From Nitrospiraceae bacterium (lineage in GTDB: Bacteria; Nitrospirota; Nitrospiria; Nitrospirales; Nitrospiraceae): DNA of 48,833 nucleotides. Shown here piece by piece: positions 26,780 to 37,003 of the stretch (positions are counted from its first letter, which is position 1; every line of letters starts with the position of its first letter). Location of the stretch: positions 1 to 48,833 of the forward strand of contig DASWIN010000143.1 of NCBI GenBank assembly GCA_036397655.1, written 5' to 3'. Position numbers and translations under genes: made by a program. The notes beneath the pieces were generated by a model. The model did no database searches. It had not been told where the DNA came from and saw only the letters and a program-made list of their open reading frames with translations.

Positions 26780-28912
26780 GTGGCCCAGTACGAACTGAAC
26801 GTTCTTGATTACTGGCTGATCATCAGGAAGCGGAAGGGCACGATCCTGCTCTCGGCAGGGCTGGTCGTCGCCTTTACGCTGGCGCTCACCCAGTATATGC
26901 AGCCCGTTCCGATCTACGAAGCCTCGGTGCGGGTCAAGTTCGAGCGGACCACTACCTTCGCCAATGTTCTTCTCGAATCGATCGGCGCGCAGGGGAGTCT
27001 TGATCTCAATACCGAGATCGAGGTGATTCGAAGCTTTCCCGTCGTCGAGCAGGCGGCGAAGGACCTCAAGCTCATCACGTCCGACCATCCGCCGAATCAG
27101 GCTCGCTCCTCCGAGTATCTTGGGACGATCTACGCCTTGCAGCAGACGATCAAGACCTCCATCGAGGGGGCTTCGAACATTATCCGCATCTCGACGAAGG
27201 CGGACACGGCGGACATGGCGCAGCGTTTTGCCAACGCCGTTGCGGAAGCCTATCGCGCGGAGAATGTCCGGACGCGGAACAAGGCCGTGGCCGATTCCCG
27301 GCGCTTTGTGGAAGAACAGCTGGTGATGCATGAAGTCTCGCTCAAGCAGGCGGAGGAAGCCCTGCGCGACTTCAAGGAGCGGGAGGGGCAAGTCTTTCTC
27401 AACGAGGAAGCCAAGGCGGCGCTGGAATCCTTTACCAGGCTGGAGGCCGACTACGACAGGATTTTGCGTATGCAGGATGAAACGGTCAAGCAGATCGACG
27501 TCCTCCTCCAGCCGAGTGCCGGCCGTGCGGTCGAACGCATTTTCACGGATGAACCGACCGCGCTCCTCTCCGTTCTGAACGCCCGTCTGACCGATCGGTT
27601 GCAGGAACGAGACAACTTATTGATCAACTATACCAAGGAACATTTGCTGGTCAGGGAGTTGGATCGGAAGATCAAGAATGTGAAGGACGAGATCGTCCGC
27701 GAATTGCAATCGAAGCTGAAAGCCCTTTCGGGTCGGGAAGCAACGCTCCGGGAGCAGATCGATACCTATCGCGAGCGGTATTTCAATTTTCCAAAAGCTG
27801 CGATCCAGCTCAGCCGGTTGGAACGGGATGTGACGGTCAGCGCCGATCTGTATGCCAAGTTGAAGGTCAAGCATCAGGAACTGATGATCAAGAACGCGGA
27901 ACGGATTGAGGAGGTCTCGATCATCGAGCCGGCTATTCTTCCGACGGCACCGACCAATCTGCCGAATAACCAGATGAACTTCATCGTGGCCGTGATCATG
28001 GGCGGATTCCTGGGAGTCGTGCTGGCATTTGCCCGGGAATCCTTCGATACCTCGATCGGGACGATCGAGGGCGTCGAGGAGTTCCTGCAGGTTCCGGTGC
28101 TCGGGGTCATTCCCAGGTTCAACGAGAAGGAGCAATTGGAAGCAGCCGCCATGGAGTTACCCCCGGACACCAGGCCCGACACCATCGCGTTATTCGCCAA
28201 GCTGGTGTGTCTCTATGACGAAAAATCGGTGATCTCGGAAGGATTCCGGTCGCTCCGGACAAACATCCAATTCGCCAGCCGGGAGGGGCAGGCCAAGACC
28301 TTCCTGTTCACCAGCGCCGGATTGGGCGAGGGGAAAACGACGACGATCGTGAACCTGGCGCTGACGATGGCGCAGGACGGAAAGCGGGTCCTGCTGGTCG
28401 ATGCCGATCTGCGGCGTCCGTTCGTGCACGCCCGCCTGGGCCTTGAACGCTCGCCCGGGCTGTCCGAGGTGCTCGTGGGGGGGCTGCCGTGGCGGGAAGC
28501 GGTCAAGACCGTTACCGACTTGATGATCGGCCTGATGGGGGTGGATCGCATCGTCAATACGCCCGGCATTGATCTGCTCAATGTCATGACCAGCGGGAGC
28601 ATCCCGCACAACCCGGCTGAATTCATCAACTCGCCGAAGTTCGTGGATGTGATTCACCAGATGCGCGAAGAGTATGACGTCGTCCTGTTCGACACGCCTC
28701 CCATTCTGCCCATCGCCGATGCCGTCATGATGAGCTCGAAGGTGGATGGCGTGGTGCTGGTCTATCAGGTTGGCCGGATCGGGCGCAGCGCGCTGAAACG
28801 GGCCAAGTTTCTGGTCGATCATGCCCAAGGGAAGGTCCTGGGCACGGTGCTCACCAACGTGCGGGCCGAGATCACGCCCGAATACGGCTATTACCGTTAC
28901 GAATACCGGTGA
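26780..28912 (+). CDS. Polysaccharide co-polymerase / BY-kinase (Wzc-like chain-length determinant fused to tyrosine autokinase)
   Basis: N-terminal Wzz-type TM plus a long coiled-coil periplasmic region and a second TM. C-terminal kinase with Walker A SAGLGEGKTTT, Walker A' LLVDADLRRP, Walker B VVLFDTPP, and a Tyr-rich tail EITPEYGYYRYEYR. Confidence 0.92.
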   Translation: MAQYELNVLDYWLIIRKRKGTILLSAGLVVAFTLALTQYMQPVPIYEASVRVKFERTTTFANVLLESIGAQGSLDLNTEIEVIRSFPVVEQAAKDLKLITSDHPPNQARSSEYLGTIYALQQTIKTSIEGASNIIRISTKADTADMAQRFANAVAEAYRAENVRTRNKAVADSRRFVEEQLVMHEVSLKQAEEALRDFKEREGQVFLNEEAKAALESFTRLEADYDRILRMQDETVKQIDVLLQPSAGRAVERIFTDEPTALLSVLNARLTDRLQERDNLLINYTKEHLLVRELDRKIKNVKDEIVRELQSKLKALSGREATLREQIDTYRERYFNFPKAAIQLSRLERDVTVSADLYAKLKVKHQELMIKNAERIEEVSIIEPAILPTAPTNLPNNQMNFIVAVIMGGFLGVVLAFARESFDTSIGTIEGVEEFLQVPVLGVIPRFNEKEQLEAAAMELPPDTRPDTIALFAKLVCLYDEKSVISEGFRSLRTNIQFASREGQAKTFLFTSAGLGEGKTTTIVNLALTMAQDGKRVLLVDADLRRPFVHARLGLERSPGLSEVLVGGLPWREAVKTVTDLMIGLMGVDRIVNTPGIDLLNVMTSGSIPHNPAEFINSPKFVDVIHQMREEYDVVLFDTPPILPIADAVMMSSKVDGVVLVYQVGRIGRSALKRAKFLVDHAQGKVLGTVLTNVRAEITPEYGYYRYEYR

Positions 28913-28973
28913 CGGCGAAGCAATCTGCAGTCGCTCCAGCCTCCGTGCCTGCCCCGAACGGTAAGGTCCGAAC

Positions 28974-30419
28974 ATGATGCAGGATATTCTTGAATCGCGA
29001 GGCTCGCAGGTTCTGATCACGGCGTTGCTGGCGGTCCCGCTGGCGGTGGCGATTACGTTGATGAAGCCCGGATTGGGCGAAATGCTCGCGGTCGGCCTCA
29101 TCGTCCTGCTAATCGCATTTTTGTTTCCGTTGACGGGCCTGTATCTCATCGTCGTGTCCATGTTGCTGGGGCCGGAGTTTGAAATCGGATCGGGGGGCCT
29201 TGGCGGTGGCGCGCAATTCGCACGCGGCCTGACCCTCCGGCTCGACGATTTTCTCATGATGCTGGTGGGGTCTGCCTGGCTGGCCAAAGTCGCGCTGGTC
29301 CGGCAGGGCGTGCAGTATCTGCAGACGCCGCTCAATCGGGCCATCGCCTATTATCTCGGCGCCAGCTTCCTCGCCACGTTGATCGGTGTGTTGGTGGGAC
29401 GCGTCCGGCCGTTCGCCGGGTTCTTTTTTCTGCTGAAGTACTATGAGTACTTTTTCCTGTATTTCATGACCGTGAATCTTGTCACTGACGAAAAGCAGGC
29501 CAGGCAGCTCGTGACCGTCAGCCTGGTCACCTGTTTTCTGGTGTCGCTCTTTGCCATCTTTCAAATGGCACAGGGCGAGCGGGCCTCGGCCCCGTTCGAG
29601 GGGAAGGAAGGCGAGCCGAATACACTGGGGGGATATCTGGTGTTCATGCTGTCCATCGTGACGGGCCTGCTTGTGACCCCGGGCGCTTTCCGGAGGCGGG
29701 TGGTCCTCACCATGTTGCTGCTGTGCGGATTCGTCGCCCTGCAGGCGACCCTGTCCCGCTCATCGTATTTGGCCGCGGCGGTGGTCGTAATGGTGTTTTT
29801 GGTCTACATCAGCCGCCGCCGTCCGTTGCTGATGACGCTCGTGATCTTTGCGGTGTTGGCCGCGCCGGTCTGGGCTCCGAAGTCCGTCAAGGATCGCATC
29901 TCGTACACGTTCACGCAGTCCGCACTCGAAGGCGAGCAGTTCAAGGTTGGCGGCGTCAAGGTGGATACCTCGACGACGGACCGTCTCAGGTCCTGGCTGC
30001 AGGCCGTCGAGGCGTGGACGCATTCTCCACTGTGGGGACTTGGCGTCACCGGGGGGCCGTTCATGGATGCCATGTATCCCAAGCTGCTGGCCGATGTCGG
30101 CATCCTGGGCATTGTCGCGTTCGGATACTTGATGTGGTCGTTGTTCAAACTGGCCCGATCCTCCCTGGACGAACTTGACGACCCGTATTTCAAGGGCATC
30201 GCCACAGGGTTCCTGTTTGGGTTTGTGGGCATGCTAATCCATGGAATCGGCGCGAACACCTTCATTATCGTGAGGATCATGGAACCGTTCTGGCTCTTTG
30301 CGGCCCTGCTTGCCAAGGCGCTCCATTTAAAACGGCAACAGGCCGACAAGGATGAGGAACGGCCGGCCCGGCCCTTGTTTGGTCGGCGGGGGTTGCCTGT
30401 CGGGCCCGTGCGCGCCTGA
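28974..30419 (+). CDS. O-antigen ligase / Wzy-type polymerase family membrane protein
   Basis: Polytopic 481-aa protein (at least 10 predicted TM helices). It has a Wzy_C-like segment (...LQATLSRSSYLAAAVVV...RLRSWLQAVEAWTHSPLWGLGVTGG...). Confidence 0.78.
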   Translation: MMQDILESRGSQVLITALLAVPLAVAITLMKPGLGEMLAVGLIVLLIAFLFPLTGLYLIVVSMLLGPEFEIGSGGLGGGAQFARGLTLRLDDFLMMLVGSAWLAKVALVRQGVQYLQTPLNRAIAYYLGASFLATLIGVLVGRVRPFAGFFFLLKYYEYFFLYFMTVNLVTDEKQARQLVTVSLVTCFLVSLFAIFQMAQGERASAPFEGKEGEPNTLGGYLVFMLSIVTGLLVTPGAFRRRVVLTMLLLCGFVALQATLSRSSYLAAAVVVMVFLVYISRRRPLLMTLVIFAVLAAPVWAPKSVKDRISYTFTQSALEGEQFKVGGVKVDTSTTDRLRSWLQAVEAWTHSPLWGLGVTGGPFMDAMYPKLLADVGILGIVAFGYLMWSLFKLARSSLDELDDPYFKGIATGFLFGFVGMLIHGIGANTFIIVRIMEPFWLFAALLAKALHLKRQQADKDEERPARPLFGRRGLPVGPVRA

Positions 30420-30522
30420 TTCTTGCTGTCTCACCCCGAGTCGCCTGCGTACGTTTCCGTTCGAGCGCGTTCAGCAAGCACATCGATCCGCAAACGTCTG
30501 GAGCCCGTGGATCCAAAGGAGA

Positions 30523-31956
30523 ATGCCTGTGCTAGGCGGGCGACTATTCGTCAACATCCTGTCCCTGGCCACCGCCCAAGTGATCACGAAGTTGATCAAC
30601 ATGGCGGCGTCGATTGCAATCGTCCGGTTTCTGGGCTCGGAGGAGTTGGGGCGGTATGCCTACGTGTTGGCGTTTGCGTACCCGTTCGGAGCGGTCGCGG
30701 ATTTCGGGCTGGCGGCCTATGCGATTCGCGAAATCAGTCGTGGCCGAAGTCGGGAATCGGAGGTGCTCGCAGCGCTCCGGCGCACGCTGTTTCTGTGTGC
30801 GGGTGCGGGGTGGATCGCCATGATGGGATGCGGCGCCATGCTGCATCGCGATGCGGTGATGCTGGCGGCGCTGGCGCTGGCGGGTTTTGCGAGCGTCCTG
30901 TCGGCTGTCACGACGCCGATGCTGGTGTCTTTGAGCGCCCGGGAAGACATGCGCACGGTGGCCGTGTGTCAGATCCTCGGATCGCTGCTCGGATCGGCGG
31001 CCGTGGCGAGCGCGCTCCTGCTTGGAGGAAAAACGGTGGCATTGCTTCTGGGGGCCAATGTGGCCAACCTGGTCATGGTGGCCGTGACGTACGTGCTGGC
31101 CGGTTCCCCACGCGGAACATTCCCTGTCTCCATGTCGGCTGTCGGCGTCATGATCCGTGAGGCGCTTCCGTTCGGCCTGCTGCTCATCGGGTTTGCGGTG
31201 TATTATCGAGTCGACATGGTGATGCTGGAATGGCTCCGTGGGACGCGTGAGGTCGGCCTCTACGCCGCGGCCTATCGGTTTCTTGACGCCGCTATCCCGC
31301 TGGCCGCCTCAGTGGCGCGGCCTTTTTACCCCCGATTCTCCGGATTGACCGGCCGGGACATGCGGGGCAGCCGGGAGCTTCTTGAAAAAACGTGGAGGCC
31401 GCTTCTGGGCCTCATTCTTCCATTGGCAATAGGAATTTGCTTCGCAGCCGAGCCGTTGACCCTTGTCCTGTTCGGCGATGAATTCAAGGATTCGGTGGCC
31501 CCGTTACAGATCTTGATCTGGGGCAGCCTCCCGCTTGTGCTGATCATGATTCCGACCCAGGCGCTGATGGCCGCGGATCGGGTCTGGCCGCTGGTCGGCG
31601 TCTATGGCATGAGCGCCTGTGTGAACATCATCGGGAATCTGCTGCTGATCCCTCGGTGGGGAGCATCGGGCGCCGCCACGATGACCATCGTGTGCGAATG
31701 GTTTAATCTTGGACTGGTCGGCATCATGCTCAGGCGTGAGTTCGGCGTGTGCATGGAGTGGAGGGGGCTCTGGCGGTATGGGCTTGCCGCAATGGCGATG
31801 GTGTCTGTGCTCTGGCTGGCGCAGAGCGCGGGAGTCGCTCTCGCCCTGTTTTCCGGGACCATGGCGTATGCGGCCATGCTGGTGGTCCTGGGGTGCGTGG
31901 GGACACCTGACCTTGTAGAATTGAAGCGCATGCTGGCCGGCGGTGCACGCAGCTAA
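30523..31956 (+). CDS. Wzx-type polysaccharide flippase (MOP superfamily)
   Basis: ATG at 30523 preceded by AAAGGAGA. The N-terminus FVNILSLATAQVITKLINMAASIAIVRFLG is typical of polysaccharide biosynthesis (Wzx) proteins, and the protein is polytopic throughout. The track ORF has a 57-codon upstream extension. Confidence 0.85.
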   Translation: MPVLGGRLFVNILSLATAQVITKLINMAASIAIVRFLGSEELGRYAYVLAFAYPFGAVADFGLAAYAIREISRGRSRESEVLAALRRTLFLCAGAGWIAMMGCGAMLHRDAVMLAALALAGFASVLSAVTTPMLVSLSAREDMRTVAVCQILGSLLGSAAVASALLLGGKTVALLLGANVANLVMVAVTYVLAGSPRGTFPVSMSAVGVMIREALPFGLLLIGFAVYYRVDMVMLEWLRGTREVGLYAAAYRFLDAAIPLAASVARPFYPRFSGLTGRDMRGSRELLEKTWRPLLGLILPLAIGICFAAEPLTLVLFGDEFKDSVAPLQILIWGSLPLVLIMIPTQALMAADRVWPLVGVYGMSACVNIIGNLLLIPRWGASGAATMTIVCEWFNLGLVGIMLRREFGVCMEWRGLWRYGLAAMAMVSVLWLAQSAGVALALFSGTMAYAAMLVVLGCVGTPDLVELKRMLAGGARS

Positions 31957-32011
31957 TGAGTCCGACTGTCGAAGTTGCCGTGTGGCTGATCATCATCTCA
32001 AGAGAAGGCAG

Positions 32012-32800
32012 ATGAGTTCACTCAAATCTCTCCTGTCGTCTTTTCTGCGACACCCGTTTGCTCTGGAGCGGGAAATGCTTCAGCGCCTTGCCGCGCGATA
32101 TTCCATGCGACGGCCGTATCCCGACGTTCCCCCCTATGCGGCCGGGGAAGACGCACGGATGCCATTGGGCCGCTTGAACCGCGGTGAAATGATCCGGCTG
32201 GCGTTTGAGTTCATGGCCGGCAATCTCATGGACGGAGACTACTTTGAATTTGGATGTTGGGGAGGGCGAACCTGCCGGATGGCCTTCGAGCACCACGCGA
32301 TTCAGTTCAGGGAGAGGATGCACTTTTGGCTCTTTGATTCGTTCCAGGGGCTGCCCGAGTTGAACTCCCTGGACCGTCATCCCAAATGGAAAGAGGGAGA
32401 CTACCGTACCTCGCGCGCAGAGTTTGACAGAATCGTGTCTCAAACAGGCATTTCACCGGAACGCTACACCGTCATTGAAGGGTACTACCAGGATACGCTG
32501 ACGGCGGCACTGGCGCGGGAACTGGCCGCCAAGACCAGGGCCGGCGTGATTTATATCGATTGCGATCTCTATGCATCGACCCGCACCGTCCTGGAATTCG
32601 TCGTGCCCATCCTGCAGCAGGGGACGGTCTTGTGCTTCGATGATTATTACTGTTTTAATGGTCGGCCGGATCGCGGCGAACAGTTGGCGATCAAGGAGTT
32701 TTTGAGCTCCCATCAGGACATTGAGTTTGTCGAATACGCACACTTCGGGTGGCACGGCAAGAGCTTTCTGGTCCATCTTCGGAAGGACGAGCAGAGATAG
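32012..32800 (+). CDS. TylF/MycF-like (macrocin-O-methyltransferase family) SAM-dependent methyltransferase
   Basis: GDYFEFGCWGGRT (SAM-binding loop), and DCDLYASTRTVLEF, a metal-binding D-x-D-x-Y-x-S/T type block typical of the TylF family. ATG at 32012; the upstream part of the track ORF overlaps the flippase. Confidence 0.78.
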   Translation: MSSLKSLLSSFLRHPFALEREMLQRLAARYSMRRPYPDVPPYAAGEDARMPLGRLNRGEMIRLAFEFMAGNLMDGDYFEFGCWGGRTCRMAFEHHAIQFRERMHFWLFDSFQGLPELNSLDRHPKWKEGDYRTSRAEFDRIVSQTGISPERYTVIEGYYQDTLTAALARELAAKTRAGVIYIDCDLYASTRTVLEFVVPILQQGTVLCFDDYYCFNGRPDRGEQLAIKEFLSSHQDIEFVEYAHFGWHGKSFLVHLRKDEQR

Positions 32801-32804
32801 CGCC

Positions 32805-33527
32805 ATGGCTCACGGGCTGCTGTCAGCTGTCCAGGGTTGTTTCAAGCGCGTGCAGGATCGCGTGGCCCGGCGACGCCGGGACTATCCCGGCTGCCAGCTG
32901 GCCGAACTTCTCTCGCAGGCACGTGTGCTGGGCATTCCGTCCGGTCTGCGACTCGATATCGGTGGAGGGGGAGGGCAGAACCGCCGCATACTGGAAAACG
33001 GACCGGATCATGTCGTCGGGTTGGACCGGTTTGTCGGCGATCGCGTGGACCTGATCGGAGATGCGGATCATCTTCCCATTCAAAGCGGCGTCGCCAGCAT
33101 CGCGGCGTTGGTCGAAGTCCTCGAGCATCTTACCGACCCGGCGGACGCCATGGCGGAGTGTTACCGGGTCCTGCAGCCGGGAGGGGTGGTCGTGATTACC
33201 ACGCCACAGTACTGGCATGTGCACAAGCATCCCGGGGATTATTACCGATTTACCGACGACGGCCTTCGACTGCTGTGCCGGCGTGCGGGCTTCGAGGTCG
33301 TGGACTGCTGGTCACGAGGGGGTCCGATCCTGATTCTCTTTCATGTCATTCGCGTGAACCTCTCTGAGCGCTGGCGGCCGCTGTATGTGGTGCCGTTGTA
33401 TTGGCTGGCGGAACGAATGGACCGGATGCTCTACGATCCGCGGCCCAGCGGCAGGCATTACGATGCCCTGGGGTGGAGCGTGCTGGCCAGGAAACCGCTG
33501 AATCGTACAGGGGCGGAGGTGTCATGA
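32805..33527 (+). CDS. Class I SAM-dependent methyltransferase
   Basis: RLDIGGGGGQN (motif I), EVLEHLTDPADAMAECYRVLQPGGVVVITTP (post-I/II motifs). Starts 4 nt after the preceding stop. Confidence 0.85.
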   Translation: MAHGLLSAVQGCFKRVQDRVARRRRDYPGCQLAELLSQARVLGIPSGLRLDIGGGGGQNRRILENGPDHVVGLDRFVGDRVDLIGDADHLPIQSGVASIAALVEVLEHLTDPADAMAECYRVLQPGGVVVITTPQYWHVHKHPGDYYRFTDDGLRLLCRRAGFEVVDCWSRGGPILILFHVIRVNLSERWRPLYVVPLYWLAERMDRMLYDPRPSGRHYDALGWSVLARKPLNRTGAEVS

Positions 33528-34657
33528 GCGGACCGGCGAGGCACGTGTTGATCACCGGCGGAGCCGGCTTCATCGGTTCGCATCTGGCCGACGCGCTGTT
33601 GGCCGACGGCGTGAAGGTACGTGTGCTTGATGCGCTGGTCCCGCAAGTCCATGGCTCCGGCCGGAAACGACCGTCCTATCTTCACCCCGAGGCCGAACTC
33701 ATCGTAGGCGATGCAGGCGATCCGCCGGTCGTGACCCGGTGCCTGAAGAATGTGGACGCCGTCGTGCACTTTGCGGCCGCGGTGGGGGTGGGTCAATCCA
33801 TGTACGAGATTGCCTCGTATGTCGCGTCCAACACGCAGGCGACCGCCAATCTCCTGCAGGTCCTGAGTCGGAAAAAGCACACGGTCAGGAAGCTGATCGT
33901 GGCCTCGTCGATGTCGATCTATGGGGAGGGCGCCTACCGATGCGCCCGTTGCGGTCCCCTCGCCTCGGCGGTCCGCGGGGATGCCCGCCTGACGGCCAAG
34001 CAGTGGGACATGGCGTGCCCATCGTGCGGCGCTCCGTCGGAGGCGGTTCCGACTCCCGAGACAAAGGCATTGGACCCGTCCTCGATCTATGCCATTACCA
34101 AGCGCGATCAGGAGGAGATGTGCCTGTGCGTGGGGCGCGCCTACGGGCTTCCCACCGTCGCCCTGAGGTTTTTCAACGTCTATGGAGAGCGGCAGGCCCT
34201 GTCGAATCCCTATACCGGCGTGGCGGCTATCTTTGCGGCGCGCCTCCTGAACGGTGAGCCGCCGCTGATTTACGAAGACGGCCGCCAGAGCCGGGACTTC
34301 GTGCATGTGAGCGATGTCGTGCAAGCCGTGGTGTTGGCAATTCGGAAGCCCGACGCGGACTATCAGGCGTTGAATGTCGGCACGGGCCGGGCGACGGCGG
34401 TGAACGATGTCGCGGTCGTGCTGGCCAAGAGCCTCGGGCGGGCGATTCAACCGAAGATTCTGAAGTCGTTCCGAGCCGGGGATGTCCGACACTGCGTGGC
34501 CGATATCGCGAAGATTACGGGCATGCTTGGGTACCGTCCGCACACCTCCTTCGAGGAGGGCATGGTGCGGTTGACCGCATGGCTCTGCAGCCAAAAGCCG
34601 AAGGACCGGACCGCGCGTGCCGCATCGCAACTGGCGGTTCGGGGGTTGGTGCGGTGA
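33524..34657 (+). CDS. NAD-dependent epimerase/dehydratase (extended SDR) with an inserted Cys4 segment
   Basis: VLITGGAGFIGSHL, catalytic SS...YAITK. The ATGA start/stop overlaps the upstream gene. CARCG-x22-CPSCG is inserted between the Ser and Tyr catalytic blocks. Confidence 0.9.
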   Translation: MSGPARHVLITGGAGFIGSHLADALLADGVKVRVLDALVPQVHGSGRKRPSYLHPEAELIVGDAGDPPVVTRCLKNVDAVVHFAAAVGVGQSMYEIASYVASNTQATANLLQVLSRKKHTVRKLIVASSMSIYGEGAYRCARCGPLASAVRGDARLTAKQWDMACPSCGAPSEAVPTPETKALDPSSIYAITKRDQEEMCLCVGRAYGLPTVALRFFNVYGERQALSNPYTGVAAIFAARLLNGEPPLIYEDGRQSRDFVHVSDVVQAVVLAIRKPDADYQALNVGTGRATAVNDVAVVLAKSLGRAIQPKILKSFRAGDVRHCVADIAKITGMLGYRPHTSFEEGMVRLTAWLCSQKPKDRTARAASQLAVRGLVR

Positions 34658-35604
34658 ACCAACGCCGGGAACTCGTCGGCGTGGTGGTTTTGAATTGGAA
34701 TCAGGAGCAGGATACGACCGAGTGTCTTGAATCGCTCCGACTGGTGCGCGACGTGCCGCTCCGGGTGATCCTCGTGGACAACGGATCGGCGCGTGACTCG
34801 GTCGACCGGTTGGAACGGCGGTTCCCGGAGGCGATCGTCATCCGTCTTGCCGAGAACAGCGGATTCGCGGGGGGAAACAATGTCGGCATCAAACGGGCGC
34901 TTGAAGAAGACGTGAGCCATATCCTGCTCCTGAACAACGATACCCTGGTGGACGCAGGATTCCTGACGCCGCTGCTTGAGGCCTTGCGCCGGGACGGGGC
35001 CGGCGTGGCGGGGCCCAAGATCTATCATCATCCGGACACGGACCGTCTGTGGTTTGCAGGAGGGATGATCGACTGGCGCACGGGTCGCCAGTGGCATCTG
35101 GGAGCGGGAGACCTTGACCGGGGCCAGTGGGATAGTCCGCGCACAGTGGATTACGTCACGGCCTGCTGTCTGCTGGCGCCCGCCTCGGTCTTTCGGGAGG
35201 TCGGCGTCCTCGACGAGCGGTATTTTATCTATTTCGAAGAGACGGACTGGAATCTTCGGGTCCGGCAACGAGGGTATGCCTGCCGGTATGAGCCGCAATC
35301 GCGCATATTTCACAAGGTCTCCCGGGCGATGCGAACAGGGTCGCCGACGTCGGATTACTACTATGCCAGAAACCGCCTGCTCCTGTTTCTCGATCATGCG
35401 CCGATGCGCTACCGTCCGTTCCTCCTTGTGCTCTACACGCTGCGCTCCCTTCGATTTGCATGGACCCAGCGCCGTCGCGGGTTGCACGACAACGCGCGAG
35501 CGGTAGCCCGGGGTGTGCTGGATTTCTATGCCGGCCGGTTTGGCCGATGCCCCCTCCAATTCAACCGTCCGCCAACCGCGCAATCGCGCAACCACACAGG
35601 GTGA
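34654..35604 (+). CDS. Glycosyltransferase family 2 (WbbL/rhamnosyltransferase-like)
   Basis: GTG start overlapping the upstream stop (GTGA). VVVLNWNQEQDTTECLESL, VDNGS, AENSGFAGGNNVG, LLLNNDT (DxD-like). Confidence 0.86.
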   Translation: MNQRRELVGVVVLNWNQEQDTTECLESLRLVRDVPLRVILVDNGSARDSVDRLERRFPEAIVIRLAENSGFAGGNNVGIKRALEEDVSHILLLNNDTLVDAGFLTPLLEALRRDGAGVAGPKIYHHPDTDRLWFAGGMIDWRTGRQWHLGAGDLDRGQWDSPRTVDYVTACCLLAPASVFREVGVLDERYFIYFEETDWNLRVRQRGYACRYEPQSRIFHKVSRAMRTGSPTSDYYYARNRLLLFLDHAPMRYRPFLLVLYTLRSLRFAWTQRRRGLHDNARAVARGVLDFYAGRFGRCPLQFNRPPTAQSRNHTG

Positions 35605-35647
35605 GCGCCGAATGCGGCCGGCCTGCCGCATGGACGGGACGATCTGA

Positions 35648-36955
35648 ATGAAGATTCCTGATGGTCGTGACAGGATTTCCACCCTCCCGCCGGGGACGCT
35701 GGCCGTTCTGGGCCTGGTGCTGGCCGCTGTCATCGTGCAATTCGGCATGCGGGTGGTGATGGTTGCCGGGAAGGGAGACATGCGGGATTTTGCCGCCGGG
35801 TACACGGCGGCCGTCGTGGCCCGGACCGGCGCCTCGTTTTACGATCCCCAGCCCGGCAAACCATGGTTCGACACGAACGTGAATGCCGATCTGATCGCGG
35901 CCGCCAGACAGGCGGGGACGCTGCATCAGCATCCCGGGTTCGAGCACGTGCACATTTTTTCCTATCCGCCAGCCATGATGTTCCTGTTCCTGCCATTTTC
36001 GGCCGTGTCGTTTCCGACTGCGAAATTGATCTGGCTCGTGCTCTCGCTCCTCATGGTCGGGTGGGCACTCTGGCTTCTCGCTCGATGGTTTCAATTCGAG
36101 CGTGTGACCGTCATCGGACTGCTCGTTGTGGCGGCGATCTTCCATCCGCTGCGGAATACCATTGACCTGGGGCAGGTCAACGCGCTGATGTTTCTGGGCA
36201 TGACGGGCTTTTGGGTCTTGTACCGGCAGGGCCGGGAAACGGCCGCCGGGATCGTCCTTGGCGCAGCCACGGTGATCCGGTTCCACCCCGGTCTGCTCGT
36301 GCTCTACCTGCTGTGGAGGAGGCAGTTCCGCGTCGGCGGCGTGGCGCTTGCCGTCGTCTGCGCGGTGACGGCCGCCGCCGCGGGAGTATTCGGGCTTCGA
36401 GACTCGGCGATTTATTTTGAGCAGGTGGCGCCGAAGTTCACCGTCCCGCTGATTTCCGTGGAGAATCATTCGTTGGCCGGTTTTCTGGTGACGGTGGCGC
36501 ATGCGTTGGGCTGGGTGCCTGCCGGGAACATCGTGGGTCCATCATGGCTGGCATGGGGTGCGGCGCTCGCCGTCATCGGCGCCACCCTGCTGATCCTGTC
36601 TCGGGGACGGCAGACGTCGGGATCCGGTCGCTTGAGCGACATCGAGCTGGCGCTGTTCTTTGTTGCGATTCCGCTGGTGACTCCAAACGCGGGCGTCAGT
36701 CATTTGTTGATGCTCTTGCCGTGCATCGGGATTCTTCTCGATCGCGTGGTCAGAGAGGCGCTGTCCCGTGAGGTTCGGTGGTCGGTGTTGACCGGCCTGG
36801 CGGTGATCCTTATCGGAGTGGTGGACGATTATTATGTCCACCCGCTTCTGGCTACCGGGCCGTTGATTTTTCTGGCCGAGATCAAGTTTTACGGGGTAGT
36901 CTTGCTGTATGCGGCACTGGCGGGCCGGATCATAGCCTTGGGGCGGAGCCCGTGA
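35648..36955 (+). CDS. DUF2029 / GT87-like (GT-C fold) integral membrane glycosyltransferase
   Basis: Polytopic 435-aa protein with an N-terminal-loop acidic motif GDMRDFAAGY, FSYPPAMMFLFLPF and LGQVNALMF, which resemble the DUF2029 family of polyprenyl-phosphate-sugar-dependent transferases. Confidence 0.72.
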   Translation: MKIPDGRDRISTLPPGTLAVLGLVLAAVIVQFGMRVVMVAGKGDMRDFAAGYTAAVVARTGASFYDPQPGKPWFDTNVNADLIAAARQAGTLHQHPGFEHVHIFSYPPAMMFLFLPFSAVSFPTAKLIWLVLSLLMVGWALWLLARWFQFERVTVIGLLVVAAIFHPLRNTIDLGQVNALMFLGMTGFWVLYRQGRETAAGIVLGAATVIRFHPGLLVLYLLWRRQFRVGGVALAVVCAVTAAAAGVFGLRDSAIYFEQVAPKFTVPLISVENHSLAGFLVTVAHALGWVPAGNIVGPSWLAWGAALAVIGATLLILSRGRQTSGSGRLSDIELALFFVAIPLVTPNAGVSHLLMLLPCIGILLDRVVREALSREVRWSVLTGLAVILIGVVDDYYVHPLLATGPLIFLAEIKFYGVVLLYAALAGRIIALGRSP

Positions 36956-37003
36956 GGCTGTCCGCATGCATGCGGTGATGTGCGAACGCGGGAGCACGCC
37001 GCC

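Noticed and set aside
28190-29344. 384-aa ORF antisense to the Wzc 3' end and the ligase 5' end
   Set aside because: It crosses an intergenic region and lies opposite the Walker-motif kinase domain. No motifs. Shadow ORF.
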